A stretch of 61,536 nt of DNA, filler included, from Gonapodya sp. JEL0774 (GCA_027604505.1; 13 parts of 13 records of this genome joined end to end with filler, not necessarily neighbours in it); one strand, 5' to 3'. Positions 1 through 14,167 are shown, counted from the whole stretch's first letter. Made by a program: numbers and translations. The notes: a model not told the origin generated them from the letters alone.

Positions 1-1220
<1,220 letters not shown>

Positions 1221-1366
1221 AGTGATGTTGTAGTGAACGGTGGTTGATTACTATAGTGATTGTGCTTATGTTTGCGAACGTATATTTGTGGGCATCTGCA
1301 TTTCTATATGATAGAAGGCGCGTCACAAAACTGTGACTATAAGACGAAGAATTGCGAACGTCGTGG

Positions 1367-3676
1367 TCAACTCGAACTGAGTTGGTCTTCATACTCCGCA
1401 AATCCGTTGTGTAATAGGAACGCGCCGAGGGCACCGAAATATCCTTCGTGTCTGAGGAAACAACTCCTGTGTGTCGAAAAAACAACATGCCGAAATGACC
1501 TCCGAGCGACACATGGACTCCTTCTAGTGTCCACGTACCGCATTTTCCCCCCGCTCCAGAATGTGATCGCTCGATGGAGGGCTTGCATAGCGATGTCATT
1601 GCCTCGGAGGAACTGAGTAGCGATTGATTTGGATGGTTGTGTGCAGGAGGAGTTGCAGGGGAGGAAAAAGGTACATGAGCGAATGAATTTGATCAGCATG
1701 GTAAAACAACCTGACTTCTCTGATGCTCACATTGCCTGAGAAGTAAATTTTCTCAATGTTGTACTTCTGGGCGGCCAGATATCTGGATGAATCCGGTGTT
1801 TAAAGCGTGCGATTGCCCTAAGAAGGTAACGGTGTTTGAGTGGGCAATGAAACTCACGTCAACTGTCCAATGTTATTCGACACCATGAACAAAAGACCGT
1901 TGCTGTGCGGTAAAGCAATCTCGATTGCAGTATTTCTAAAAATCAAAGGGCAGGAGTCTCGTGACGCACCAGATATCCGCATCAGAGGCGCCTTCGAGTG
2001 GTGGATCGTGAGAGCCGGCCTGTTGGCGGTAAACTACTTTATTATGAGGATTGATTTCGCGATAAGAGTGAATCACCTTGCCAAAGAAGGAGGCTGTCAT
2101 ATTTCGTGGGAGGGAGAAGGAAGGATAGTCGCCGCCATAGATGTCACTGGAGATGATTGAGCAGATGGATCAGAAGTCGTCCATATCGACTTCCCTCGAG
2201 CAGGAGGTTGATTGAGCTCACCCAACCGTCATGTTAACGCTATCGCTATTCCCTTCCTGCGCCAGTCGTAAAGCTTCGTCATAATCACGGATCTTGGTCA
2301 TGCTCTTGACGAGACCCCTGAGTTGGTTGAACCGTATGTGTCTGAGCCGAAGGAACTAAATGCAACATCACATAATCAGCCGTTCATGAGATGCTCACGC
2401 ACCAAAATGTTGCTCCACCGATGGCAGAGCCCATGACACGCTCGAACTTGTCAATAGAGAGACAGCGGAGGAAAGATATACCGGACCCCACGTTGACAAG
2501 AAGGTAAGGATCTTACAAGTGATTTGAGGTACAAAAGTGAGCAACCCAATAATCCTGGTGGCGATCTCTCAGACAAACTCACACAATGAATCTCCATCCA
2601 CATGCTCGAGAGTCCTCCTTTCCAAAGGATTTCCTTGCACGAACGGTCGCGGATCCGCGAAACTTTGTATTCCGCCCTCGAAGACAAAGACCTCGTCCGG
2701 CACACGCTTCAACAAGAAATTGAGGCCGGTCAGAAGACACTGCATCTCGTCGTATTTAACAACTTTAACATTGAAACGCTTGAGGAGAGGAGAGGTGCGG
2801 GGCATGAATATGATGTGTGCAAGGAAGATCATCGGGGTTGCCCAGTCGAGTACCTTTTGGAACTCTTCTCCATATCGATAAGCGCCGCCACCTGTACATC
2901 CAATTTCTTCAATATCGGAAAATATTCCTGCGTTGCTCTTCATCATCTCACTGGTGGTAACCGAATAATGTGTCCAGAGAACAATTGAAGCTCAATCTAC
3001 ACATCTCCTGTATGATCACTTACAAAGCGCCCGACATTCGGCGGGTCTCAAACACAATAAAGTGCAGTCGCGACTTGTCTTTCAGAATGGAGAGTGATTA
3101 GGGTCTCCGTTGTTGCTCCACTCAAACTTGAGTCCCCACACACCTGGGAATCTAAAACTCAAGCGCGTGTCCCGGATACCAGTGCCCCCTAGTTCGCATC
3201 GATTAGCCAATTAGTCTTCATGGCCGGCAGCGACGACTTCATAACTGTCGGAACAGACGTACCGTATGTTACACTTGAATTGATAAACTTTTGGGCCTGC
3301 ATCCGTCAAACGCGTCCATGTCCCGAGATGCCCAAAGACAGGAGGACATACATTACATGCGAGTGAGGTGAGATGTGTGAGGTCTTGTGATGCAAGAAAC
3401 AACTTCGGAAGATAAAAACATCACCTCAACCACCGAAGAGCGCAAAGTCTTTCGCTCCAAGTCTCCCAGGTCACCCGGTTCAAAGAATACAATCTTTGCC
3501 AAAGATCCACCGACATCGGCGGAAAATCCGGACTTGAAGGTTTGAAAGTATCGCAGATATGAATGGTGAAGACCTGAGCTCGAGTCCATCGGAACTCGGC
3601 TGTCGAGGCTCGGAATATTACTTGGGGTATTGGCATGCTTATTCGAATTGTGGTAATCTGATTCCCGTGGTTCCAT
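1367..3676 (-). CDS. CAB1: Type II (eukaryotic) pantothenate kinase, multi-exon; start approximate
   Basis: Motifs [80 protein letters not shown] and [15 protein letters not shown], in the expected order across GT-AG introns. Confidence 0.93.
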
Positions 3677-4341
3677 TTTCTGTCTCGTCCGGTTCGAGTT
3701 TCGGAACGAACTTGGGTCTTCGATGCCAGCTTCGGACTTCGAGGACTTCGTGCTCTCATCTCCTGCTCCAATCCCAATCCAGATCGGTCACCCGCTCCAA
3801 AACTGGGAACTGGGAGCGTATACCTTTCAATCTCTACTGTGTGGAACTGCCATGAAATTGTCCCCCCCTTTATCATAGCTCTTGCAATGGCCTCGAATGT
3901 TTGGTACCGGACGGATTTCTTGGAATGCCACCTTTCCACATTTCCATATCAAACAAATATTATCATCAATGATTACTTGTGACTTTGTTTGCGTGGAATT
4001 GCTCGCTGATTGGCTCGAGTTCAGGCCTAGCTACGATTGGGATATTTGACTATGAACTCACACCAGTCACATCACTCCCAAAAAGTGACAGCTCATTCAT
4101 TCGAACTCCCTTGACAGTGCACCTTTGATATCAAGGATAGCGCTAATTTGCAGACTAAAGAGAAAATGGATGCTGTGAAGTGTCTGGTTTGTGCTGGAGC
4201 AGAGGTTTGCACTTGGGTAAGAAACTATCTCTTACATCTACAATTGAATATAAAGTATAGAGATTTTGTGCCCTTGTGGAGTTTTTTGACTGGTGTGTAT
4301 TCTTTAATGAGAACATCACCGAGAAATTTGAACCACATGTT

Positions 4342-4613
4342 TGTTGAGACATGGGAGGTTTTGGCATTTCGGACGGCTCTAGCGACACAGGCAATGGAAC
4401 TTTAGGAATATTTAATGGAACAAAATTACTCGCCTTAAAATTCTCTACAAGTTTGTCCTTTATAGTTTTGTTCTAGCGTTATTGGTTAGTGAGCTACACT
4501 AGGGAACGTGGGTAACTTGGAGCACACACTTGGGACAGTGCTGTGGCCACAGATGTAGTAGATACGCCTCTTTGTGTGAACGTGTTTGAATAAGTAAATC
4601 ATACCACTCAACA
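4342..4613. mobile_element. LTR copy (TG...CA, 272 bp), same family as the solo LTR at 44683-44956
   Basis: Starts TGTTGAG and ends CTCAACA (terminal inverted repeat). Aligns end to end with 44683-44956, including the shared block TAGCGTTATTGGTTAGTGAGCTACACTAGGGAACGTGGGTAACTT. No matching TSD is visible. Confidence 0.85.
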
Positions 4614-4657
4614 CTTTGGACCTGTGAGGACTGAAAACATTCACCATGAAAGGTACA

Positions 4658-4757
4658 NNNNNNNNNNNNNNNNNNNNNNNNNNNNNNNNNNNNNNNNNNN
4701 NTTAATTAATTAANNNNNNNNNNNNNNNNNNNNNNNNNNNNNNNNNNNNNNNNNNNN
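4658..4757. other. Artificial contig spacer (44 N + TTAATTAATTAA + 44 N); first of 12 identical spacers
   Basis: Identical 100-nt spacers at 4658-4757, 9414-9513, 14168-14267, 18918-19017, 23667-23766, 28413-28512, 33157-33256, 37893-37992, 42628-42727, 47362-47461, 52090-52189 and 56814-56913. The core gives stops in all six frames, and the segments between spacers fall monotonically in length. Confidence 0.99.
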
Positions 4758-4844
4758 GTCGTACTAGTCGGCGATGAAGATTTGAAGCCCAGATTCGAAA
4801 ATGTGGAGGCCACGATGGACGCGTACGAGTCGACGTATTTCTGA
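4758..4844 (+). CDS. Possible C-terminal fragment of an unidentified gene (VVLVGDEDLKPRFENVEATMDAYESTYF*)
   Basis: Open frame from the contig edge to TGA; too short to assign. Confidence 0.3.
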   Translation, partial: VVLVGDEDLKPRFENVEATMDAYESTYF

Positions 4845-5405
4845 ACTTGAAGCTGAGTGGTTTGGTCAACGATTCATCGTGATACCACTACTGTAATATG
4901 AGTCGAATGTACCAATAATCAACTGTACTACTCCAATTTACTTCTATTTGATAACTTGCCCAACTTGCCTCATACGATGGTGGTCACCTCCTCAGCTCGC
5001 CGTTGGACGGGGTAAGGTCAGAGCTGCGGTGCGGGATTAATGCAATGTACCTGCAATTGTGTGTAGTGGAATGAGCCAGTAGTGGAACTCGATGGGAATA
5101 CGGCGTTAGGTGATTGTTCGGTGTCGGAATACGAATCTGTCCTCTGTTCCTAAGACTACATATAGTGAGTCTCGGAAGGAGAAGTGAGTTAGTGCCTGGT
5201 GTGTATAATGCGCAGCACGTGATAGAAATGAGCTTTTTTGAGTCTTGGTGGAGAAAACCGCTGGATGGGCGATGAGGCCTCGGCGCGGATCACATATCAG
5301 AGGGGGGTGAGGCTCTGGTCGGAGTTTTGGGAACTCTGGAGCCGACGCCGACACCACTGAAAACACAATCCAATCTGAACCCACCGACAACACAACATCA
5401 CAAGA

Positions 5406-6287
5406 ATGACCGTCGAGAACAGCACAGAGGCATGGACTGAGAAGTGGAACGGAGTCTGGGTAGGTAGTGACGCCTTTGCCGTTTCTCTCGTGTCTCCAAT
5501 GAACCGCCATCCTCATGTGCGATTTCCATTGTAAACCAGACTTCTACCAACGAAACCGAAGATTGGAGCGTTATTGACCAGGTGCTCACTATTCAGGGCG
5601 TTGCGGTGAGTGATGGCTGGTTTGAACACAGTTGGAAGAAGTTATTGTCCTGGAACAATCGTTGAACCCCACAGTGGATGCTCAGGAAGGTTGCTAGAGC
5701 ACTCACCCCTAAAGATGAACTTGCGATTCTGGTAAGTAGCTGGTTTGTGTGCTTTCTCCGCATCTCTTTCTCTAAATCTTGTGATTGAACGTTTTCTTGG
5801 AAATTTCAGGATGTCAACGGCGTACCAACCCTCAAAGTAACACGACTGTCTCTCCCTTCTGTTCTGGGTGTGCAAGCCTACACGTACCCACTCGACAACA
5901 GCGAGCAGGAGTTGGAGGACAAACCGTATGGCCAGATCCGAGTCAAAATTTCCAAGAAGGACGACCTCACCCTCCTCCAGGTGGGTCATTTGGCAAAAAC
6001 AACATATTATGGTGGGAAAGAAATGGTGCTCAAATGGACTCATTGGTTTTGGTTTGGACCCTTCACAGGAAGTGTCAGCTGTGAACGGTGTCTGGACCTC
6101 GTCGTCTGTCTGGACCATCGAGGAAGAGGCCGGCGAGCTGAGACATTACAGACGGACGACTTTCTTGTCGGACGGCAAGGAGCTGAAGGTTGTTCAGAAG
6201 GTAAGAGGGCTGTGATGTGATTGTTGGAGCGTGTTGACCCTTCTTCACATGCTTCCATTATTGTTTTTGCAGTTCAAACGGGACTAG
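5406..6287 (+). CDS. Small fungal calycin/fatty-acid-binding-protein-like beta-barrel protein, multi-exon
   Basis: Spliced model MTVENSTEAWTEKWNGVW..DQVLTIQGV..EVSAVNGVWTSSSVWTIEEEAGELRHYRRTTF..FKRD*. It has an N-terminal GxW and a C-terminal WT...W..EE..GE.R.YRR pattern of a fungal FABP-like family. Confidence 0.6.
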
Positions 6288-6802
6288 ATATTTATGGTCC
6301 ACATCATTGCTTTACTTATATGTGGTGAACCTTCTCAGTAAATGTATCCTTCGAAATTGAATCAAAATCTGCACGAAGGTTCATACTATCTTCTCGAACT
6401 GGGTAGCCGACAGGAAGACAAGGCTGAAATTAAAGGGAGAGTCCCCCGGTTTCAATCATTTCACTGCCCGTTTTCGTTGCTGATGAATGAGAGTAATGGA
6501 CAAGAACAGGCAGTCTGGCAGCCCGTCACCTACACAATGAGCGTACCAGAGTCATTGCAATGATGGGCGCAAATGGATTCAAATCTCATTGTGTCCCAAC
6601 GACACAAGCTCGCCATTGTAACCATGGCATTCGATCATTATTTCATCCTTTTTGGGATCGGTCTGCCGTTTGTGTGTCCTGCCCGGCCTGTCCTCAGCAC
6701 CGGAGGAAGACACAACCCACGTGTGTCCCACCAAGGGCTTCTGTGCTTCCGTCCAAACCAGACACGCGGTTTCTTCTTCACCAGCAACTCAGTCGAAGAT
6801 GA

Positions 6803-8648
6803 ATGCGGATGAACGACGGTACGAGTCCCAGATCTGAATGTTTTGCACGGCCCTGTATCATGGTGTCTTTGTTGTCCAGTCATCATGCCAAATCAGGAAA
6901 GGAACCCATTTTACCCCTATCCCACCAGCTTATTACCGCCATCGAAGCAAATGATGGAGCGACAGTTCGAAAGTTGCTGTCAGTGGGCGTGGACCCAAAT
7001 AATGCCTGGAAACAGGTCACTCTCACCGTGAAAACCACGATCGACTGGTTTCGAACTCGAGACGAATCAGACACGATAGCAGCAGAATCTGCACTCGTGA
7101 TTGCTATAATCAGGGAAAACGTAGAACTGGTGTCCGCACTCCTAGACGCGGGTGCAGATCCTCGTAAGGAAGTCGAGTGGAGGATAAGTGACTACTTCAG
7201 CGACGGGAAAGCCGTCACACTGGAACGGTGGACACAGCGCAGGTGGTTTTTCCGCTATGAGTTCTCATCGGCGTTGGCACTAGCGGTATGTGCGGGGCCT
7301 AGAGTCAATTTTTGGCATGGCCAGGAGTATTCGGATTGGGAAAGGGACGCCCAAAGGGGGAAAATACGACAGAACAAGCCTGGCGCACATGTGCAACTCC
7401 ACAACCCGGGATATGGAGAGGCATACGTGACGACTGAGTTCAAGCCGAATGCAGACATTGTTGCGTTGCTTCTACGGCATGGGGCAGAGGTCACTCCACA
7501 AATCACGGCGGCTGCATCCGCGCTCCCGGACGGAAGGATCGCGGAAGTACTCCGAATGTCGGGGAAGAGAACTTCGGCGGCCTCGCAACAGCAGCAGCAA
7601 CTTTTGAGCACCGCCATGCTCAATCGTGCCCCATCTTTACTCTCAATGACTCGTCCGTCATCCTTCATACAACAAGAGGGCATGTTGCAGAAAAGTCATA
7701 TGGACAGAGACGTGGACAGATCCCAACTCACGCCGGGTGACATTGCGGCTGCAGAAGTCACGATCCGCCGAATGCAACTCGAAGCGAGCAACCTGCAACT
7801 CCGCAACTCACAGCTGAACGCGCGAATTGTGGAGACCACTACTATGCTGCTTAAAACACGGACTGACTCCGACCAACTCAGGGGACAAAACGCGGAGCTG
7901 GCGAAGGAGATCGCGGCTCAGAGGCTGAGAGCCAGCGAATCGGAGAGGAAAGTAGTTGAGTTGGAACGGGCACTAGCTGACGAAAGAGCGGGCAGGGAAC
8001 AGGCAGATCGCCAAGCTTACGAACTTACCAAACTTGTCGAAGATATGAAGCTGGAAAAACGCGACTTCTTATCCAAAATCCGCATGCTCGAAGAGTACCT
8101 CGCCCGAACAGAACAGCACATGAACGAGAACTCCAAGGGGGCAGAACGGGAGCCAACGAGCCCCTCAATACTTTCGAGTCAAGAAACACTCACACTTCCC
8201 ACGGACTTGACATCCGAGTTAGACAACGTGATCGAAGGGGCTTCCCCATTGAAGAAGACTTTGTGGGTTGTGCACGCCCATCAGCCGAACCACCCGGACG
8301 AGATCGCATTGACTGTGGGGCAGCAAGTGTTTTGCATTTTTGCGTTTATCGATGACTGGGGAGTGGTGAGCACGTACTTGGCTTCGCTTGGTACAATCGT
8401 CGAGAGAGTTCATTTTTTCTTCCCAGGGCTTGATCGTGGAAAGCAGTACCTATGGATACTTCCCACTGGGATGTCTCTCCGATACACCTACACTACCACT
8501 GACTAATCTGACAATCCCCGCCCGCACCTCTTCGCTCACACGTTCATCCATCAGCGAGGGTGCAGGGGGGCAAGCACACCGATCAGCAATGTCGTCGCTC
8601 GTGTCATCGAGGCGAAGCGGTAGTTCCTTGGCCGTCACGGCCACCTAA
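6803..8648 (+). CDS. Ankyrin-repeat / coiled-coil / SH3 domain protein; start codon uncertain
   Basis: Ankyrin-like LITAIEANDGATVRKLLSVGVDPN, SALVIAIIRENVELVSALLDAGADP and IVALLLRHGAE; long heptad-rich region; SH3 VVHAHQPNHPDEIALTVGQQV..DDWGV|GLIVESSTYGYFPLGCL, completed by an intron near 8367-8425. Confidence 0.85.
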
Positions 8649-8848
8649 AGTCTCATAAGCCTGTTAGGGAGGGGAGAGTGTTGGCGAGTGGGGGACGGGT
8701 CACCCGTCCTCGTTCTATGATGCATGGAGGCATAAAAGACACATTTCACGGAAGCAGTTTCTGGATGGTCGTTGTGAGAGAAGATTTGTGAATGCATGTA
8801 ATCAAAACTTTCAAGATTAATTTGGTACGATGTCAATACTAATACCGA

Positions 8849-9413
8849 TTACGTGAGTGCAATTTGTAAGCGCCCAGCTGACCCCGGCCCTGCCCCCTGC
8901 GTGGTATCGTCTGTTCTACTGCTCATGCAGGCATAATGGAACAGTTGATCCTTGTACAGCACAAATGCGGAGGTCCCTATCCGCTTGAAACAGTGACTAC
9001 AGTTCCGTTCACGAGTCATTTGAAAACGGCGCTTCTGGAAGTTGATCAAGGTTTCTTTCACCTGTGCAAGCAATGACATATATACCCAATTCGGTTCTCA
9101 GAATCATGAGCAAATGTAACCAATGGAAGAGCTCCATCAACTCACTTGAGACCTCTCGGTTTGGACTAGATTTCGAATAACTTGACCGTCTCTTTTCGAT
9201 CTCGTGAGTTCGTGAAAACTCTTTGCAAAGTATTCACTGAGACGTCCTACATTCACTGTCGTCGGCAGAAGGCTCGGGACCTGGCACAGGGAATTTTCGC
9301 AACATTTGATGTGTTCGTTTAATGGAAGCACAGGGCTCGCAACACACCTTACGAGGATCAACTCTGTCCCCGTATGTTGATAAGAGCGATATGGCATCTT
9401 CAAGACCTTCTGA
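8849..9413 (-). CDS. VPS39: Vacuolar sorting protein Vps39/Vam6 family, C-terminal exons (5'-truncated)
   Basis: LLP....GRLSEYFAKSF..QVIRNL..ERSQ|VKETL..RRFQMTRERNCSHCFKRIGTSAFVLY..LFHYAC matches the Vps39_2 C-terminal zinc-binding region. A Vps3/TGFBRAP1 paralogue cannot be excluded. Confidence 0.8.
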
Positions 9414-9513
9414 NNNNNNNNNNNNNNNNNNNNNNNNNNNNNNNNNNNNNNNNNNNNTTAATTAATTAANNNNNNNNNNNNNNNNNNNNNNNNNNNNNNN
9501 NNNNNNNNNNNNN

Positions 9514-9831
9514 TATAACAAGCGTCTTCGACGTCAATCCTGCCCAGAATGCGTGATTCCTGGAAACTTTCGACTCACGAAATGCAGGGAGGAAATCTAG
9601 CGAGTTCCCTTGCGGATATTCTGTCAGGCTGTCAAGGTAATCCGCATCATCAGTGACCAGAACCTCGCACGTTATCCCCACTCTTCCGCCGCGGCACCCA
9701 GGAATTGCGTCCCAACTTGCATTTCGGAACCGATGGGAAACGAGAGGAACGACCGAGTAGAATACTTTAGGGGGCAAAAGCTGAAAGATGCGGTGAAAGA
9801 TTTCGAGCGGGAGGGATTCCATCTGCGACAT
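9514..9831 (-). CDS. F-box protein, N-terminal part (3'-truncated by contig end)
   Basis: MSQMESLPLEIFHRIFQLLPPKVFYSVVPLVSHRFR is an F-box motif directly after the ATG at 9831. Confidence 0.8.
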
Positions 9832-10390
9832 GTTGAATGATGGGACAGAATGATGGATCGTGGTTGGAAATGCACATGCCTTCGGTGCGCACAACTTCGC
9901 AAACCAAGCACCCCTACATAGTCTCGTTACCTTGGCACCACGCACTGCCCAGAGAGTACTGTAACAAGAACAATACAGTTGAGAATATGGAAGATAGATT
10001 TCCTGTCCCACCTTACTCACCTGCCCAGAGTGTTGGTTTGTGCGGAACGTGGCGGTTGCGGTGGCCCCCAACGGATAAACAACTTCTAACGCAAGGGCTT
10101 AACGCATTGATACGTGAGAAGGCATTCCTCCAGAATCGCCACTTTCAAACACCAAGAAAGATTATTTATTGATGTACGTAAAGCTACGGACAAATCCTGC
10201 AAATAAGGAGTCCCAAAGAAAAGAATTTGAAAGTTCGTCCACATCCAAAATTACCGTGGAAACATCTCACACAGAAATCGGCACGACTCTAAGAGGGAAG
10301 CACACTTCAGTCCTTCTGTCTTTCTCCAAAGACCTTTGTCATCTCCAACAGTACTGGCAACAGCGCACTGATCTTGAGTGTCCAACTTAC

Positions 10391-12142
10391 TCACACACCC
10401 TTACCCTTTGCCTTCCCCACCAACATCTCACTCTTCCTTCCCCCTTCCAAACTCTTAATCTCCCTCTTGAACACCTTGTTCTTTTCGTCCCAGAAACCAA
10501 CCACGTCGTCCCTCCTTCCTTCCAAAACAGCCACGCCATGCTCCAGCTCCGCCATGGCTCTCTTCATCAACACGAGCATATCGTCTTTGGTGAATGTTTC
10601 CGTGGTTGTTGCCACAGAAGCCCCGGCCTCGAGATCTTCTCGTGCGAATCTGCCTTCCCCTGCCCCCCACATCCCATCAATGACCTTTCGCAGATTCTCA
10701 CTGGCTCGCCATGCTTTGTGCCTCGCGTACTCCCCAACCGCAACGTGCGGAGGATCGCCCTCAAGGAACACTTTTCCGGAGGTCCGGTCTGGAAGGTGGA
10801 GGGAGCGCGAGGCATACGAGTTGATAAGGGACATGCGGGGATTGGGGGCGGAGACCACCGGTGTAACATGCTTGGAAGAGAGAAGGGGTAAGCTTTCGGT
10901 TGAGGTCGACAAGAGTAAAATTTGTATAAGAGGATCCTTACATGAAGCATGCACGACCCTTGCATAAAGATGCCGTATCCCGGCCCCGGGTACTTCACCG
11001 TCACTATGTACAGAACAGACGATGTCAACAAATGGTGCTCCCTGACGTTATTTTGTCCCGGAAAGTGCACAACTCACTCAGTACTTCTTCTCCTAGAGCT
11101 CCCTTTGTCTCCTCAAGGGTGGCAACGGCCATATCCTTCGGTTTCATGAGAACCTGTAACTCGCCACCCACCATGTCCTCCGAGTCTGAGAGTATCACAA
11201 CGAGGACGTAATCCACAGAGTCAAAGTGCCTGGAATTTCGAGGTGAATAATATAAGGTAAACTTTCCTGGAAGGAAACCTCCTTGTTCTTGTACTCACCA
11301 CGCATCCACGGGCTTGTCAATGCCCACAGCTCCTACATTAATCTGACTGTAGTTCAATCCCATGGGGTGCGCGCATACGGGATCGAGCGACATGGCAGAC
11401 AGATGGGCGTCGAGCTCGGACGAACGCTGGTAGGCGCGAATGAACGGTGACGTGTAACCCAGGCCACGGAGAGAAAGTGGCGTGCGTTCTGGAGGGGAGT
11501 CACCGAAACAGTCTCATAAGTAAAGATGCGTTGCGTGGGAGAAAGTGCAATTGGGTTCATTGCCTGCCACTGTCTCCCAAAGGGCGTTCGGTCTGCTGGC
11601 GCGGTCGAGGCCAAAGAGGGCCTTCCTGACATGCCCCTCTAAGAAGTTTTGCGAATCTCATGGCGATAACTGGTCCCCAAAAAAAGCCATGCAAGTAGTT
11701 CTTGCAAACTTCCGTGCTTCCCGCTTCACACTTGTGGTGACTCAACTACAGTGCGGGCCGCTCCTCCGCGTCACCGATACAACGGTAGAAGAACGGGCGA
11801 CGCCTAATACTCACCATCCGACTGTTTGATTTGAGGGCAGTATTTGCTTTGCCTCTCCGCGACAGCCCGAAAAGCACGGACTCCTTCGTCCGACAGAACA
11901 CGAAACGGTGCGGTGAAAGCAAGACCAGGAAAGGGCTTGTCTGCGTCCACTGGGTGAGCGAGTGGGTACGCCACCTTCTGGAAATCGAGATTTATGATGT
12001 ACTCTGGAGTTCCGAGTGCGAGGTGCGTGGATGGGTTGAACAAATCCGGGTCACAAGCGGATGGGTGGGTCGGAACACTGAATCCGCTGGGAAGCGACGA
12101 CGGGAAAGGCGGCGGCGTGGCGATTACGTGTAGCGAAGACAT
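10391..12142 (-). CDS. Fe(II)/2-oxoglutarate-dependent dioxygenase of unknown substrate, multi-exon
   Basis: Spliced model has TAPFRVLSDEGVRA, LRGLGYTSPFI, VDAWHFDSVDYVLVVILSD..MVGGEL (HxD), and YPGPGYGIFMQGS.MLH|HVTPV..PRMSLINSY (distal His, RxS). Intron at 11489-11814. Confidence 0.8.
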
Positions 12143-12593
12143 AGTGTGGGAAAGCTGCTGGTGCCAAGTTTCAAGCTGAGTTTTTATGTCTCCGCCAAGT
12201 ACATACCTCTCGGAGATGAGGCGAGGTCCTTGTACTCAATATATGATGGCTTACTCCCAAACCACGTCGAACATATTGCGTCCGTCTTAGCAATGGCAAT
12301 AGTTGATGCTGCATCACGTGACTAACGTTGTTCGGATATGCGCGTGCCGCTCACGGCTAGAGACGAACCGTGGGACATGAAGCGCACGTCCGGCGCACAG
12401 GCACGTCGTTTTCCGCGTACATCAACTTCACGTTGCACACCATATATAGATATTTATGCTTTTGTATTTCGAATCTTTGCGTACCATCGTCAGCCCTTCC
12501 AATTAGTGTTGCACTTTTGCATTACACATGATCAGCAGAAGTATAGCGCCTAAAGCTTTCAGCATTCTTCGAACTTCATCAAACAGATACGAT

Positions 12594-13226
12594 TCAGGAA
12601 ATGATAATCTTTTGCACTCGCTGCACACTACCCCTGCACATAGGACACACCATCTTCACCTTTCCGGAGCACTTGACGCAACACACAATATGCCCGCACG
12701 GTGTGAAAACCGTCTCCCTCTTGTCATCAAAGCACAACACACACAATAGAGTATCACCTTGTGACGGCTGCGAGGCCTCTCTTTTCTTCTCTTCTTCCTT
12801 GGCAGTCACCAAACCCAAGAGCCTCGTGACTTGCTCCAGATCTGTCTCAGCTTTCGAAGTCTCACCCTTTCCGATCGTGAAGTTGCGTGCTAGAGCTGCA
12901 TCTACTACGGCAGCTTCATCCAAGGGTCTTCCGGGGCTCGCCAACGCGTTGGCAACCTTGGCGATGGCCATTGCAGAATCAAGTGCATCGAGTCCAAGCT
13001 GACCCGTGAGATTCTCAAGGAGGGGGAGGTGTTGGGTGAGGCGAAGAATGGTCAAGAGCTCCTTGGCGGTTCCAGTGAAGTCTCTGTTCCGATTGTCCGC
13101 GATGCTTGAAGCCGAAGCAGAGTGAGAAAACAACACAATTAGATGGCGAACCATGAAGCAGAGTCTGAAAAATTTATATCTCACTTACGGCCGCAAGGGA
13201 ACGCTGGGAAGATCTGGAGATGCCAT
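12594..13226 (-). CDS. C3HC4 RING-finger (IAP/MDM2-like) protein, probable E3 ligase
   Basis: C-terminal CVLCFDDKRETVFTPCGHIVCCVKCSGKVKMVCPMCRGSVQRVQKI. Probable ATG at 13226 (MASPDLPSVPLRP|IADNRNR) with one GTAAGT intron. Confidence 0.85.
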
Positions 13227-13977
13227 GATAAATACACAGTTCAGTGATTATGTGAAAAACCACAGCAGCCCGTTTATCAAGAATACAATCGGAAGCGCAA
13301 AAATTCAATGTATTCCCACCGTTGGAACTGCCGCTTCGTCTCCACCCAGGCCCTTGTGCTGGGGTATCAGACCCATGAACGGCTCGCTTTCATGCCCCAG
13401 GTTCTTGGGTACGCGAGCTACCATCGCCACTGGTCTCATTGCCGCTAGCTACAATGCTAGAGTTTTCTGTTGTTGCAGGCAAGTTATAAATGCGCTTCAA
13501 TGTGGTGGCTTCAAGTGGTGTGACTGACGCAATGCCTCACCCTGCACACCTGCTCGAGACTCAGAGCCCGCGCACGTACCTCCATCACAATCTGAATCAG
13601 AATCACTACTTGCACCGGAAACCGATTCTGAGTATGAGCTGTGATCGAACTGACACCCCGCGCTTCGCTTGTAACAAGCCTTCCCGAAGTTGGAGGGCTC
13701 CCTGCTGAGCGGTTGGCTTGGGAACGGGTAAATGCCGCCGGCAGAACTGTGGGGTGAGGATGTACATATTTGGGGTGAAGCTGGAAAGCTCGGAGGGAAA
13801 TACTATCTCACTCACACAAAAGAATTCTTGCGGGCAAGGAGAGTACCTATCTGAGTTTGAACTCTACATAAACGGAGGGCGGAGTCGACTCGGCATCGAC
13901 GCTTACCTGTTCTGTATCGTGTTGCACCACAACCAAATCAGACACGTGGGGTGCACCCGCGCCCCATCACTACGCCG

Positions 13978-14167
13978 ATGATGAACGGAGATACAAAGAG
14001 CCAGAACGACGAAGCAAAGGAGAATACAGCGCCGCCATCGTCGCCCCCGGGCACCGAATTTGCTGATGAACGCAACCAGACACCCGACAGTTCCTGGCCT
14101 TCGAGTGGGGACGACGAAGCCCCTCACTCGGATAAAACGGAAGCACTCCTTTCATCTGGACGCAGCA
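13978..14167 (+). CDS. Possible 5' fragment of an unidentified gene (low-complexity acidic/Ser-Pro N-terminus)
   Basis: MMNGDTKSQNDEAKENTAPPSSPPG.. is open to the contig end. Confidence 0.35.

Noticed and set aside
2440..2480. Apparent frameshift in pantothenate kinase near GISFLR
   Set aside because: Re-reading gives [14 protein letters not shown] in one frame; the gene is intact there.
4702..4713. Regularly spaced palindrome TTAATTAATTAA (12 copies ~4.7 kb apart) as a biological repeat or array
   Set aside because: Always centred in exactly 44+44 N; a synthetic six-frame-stop linker.
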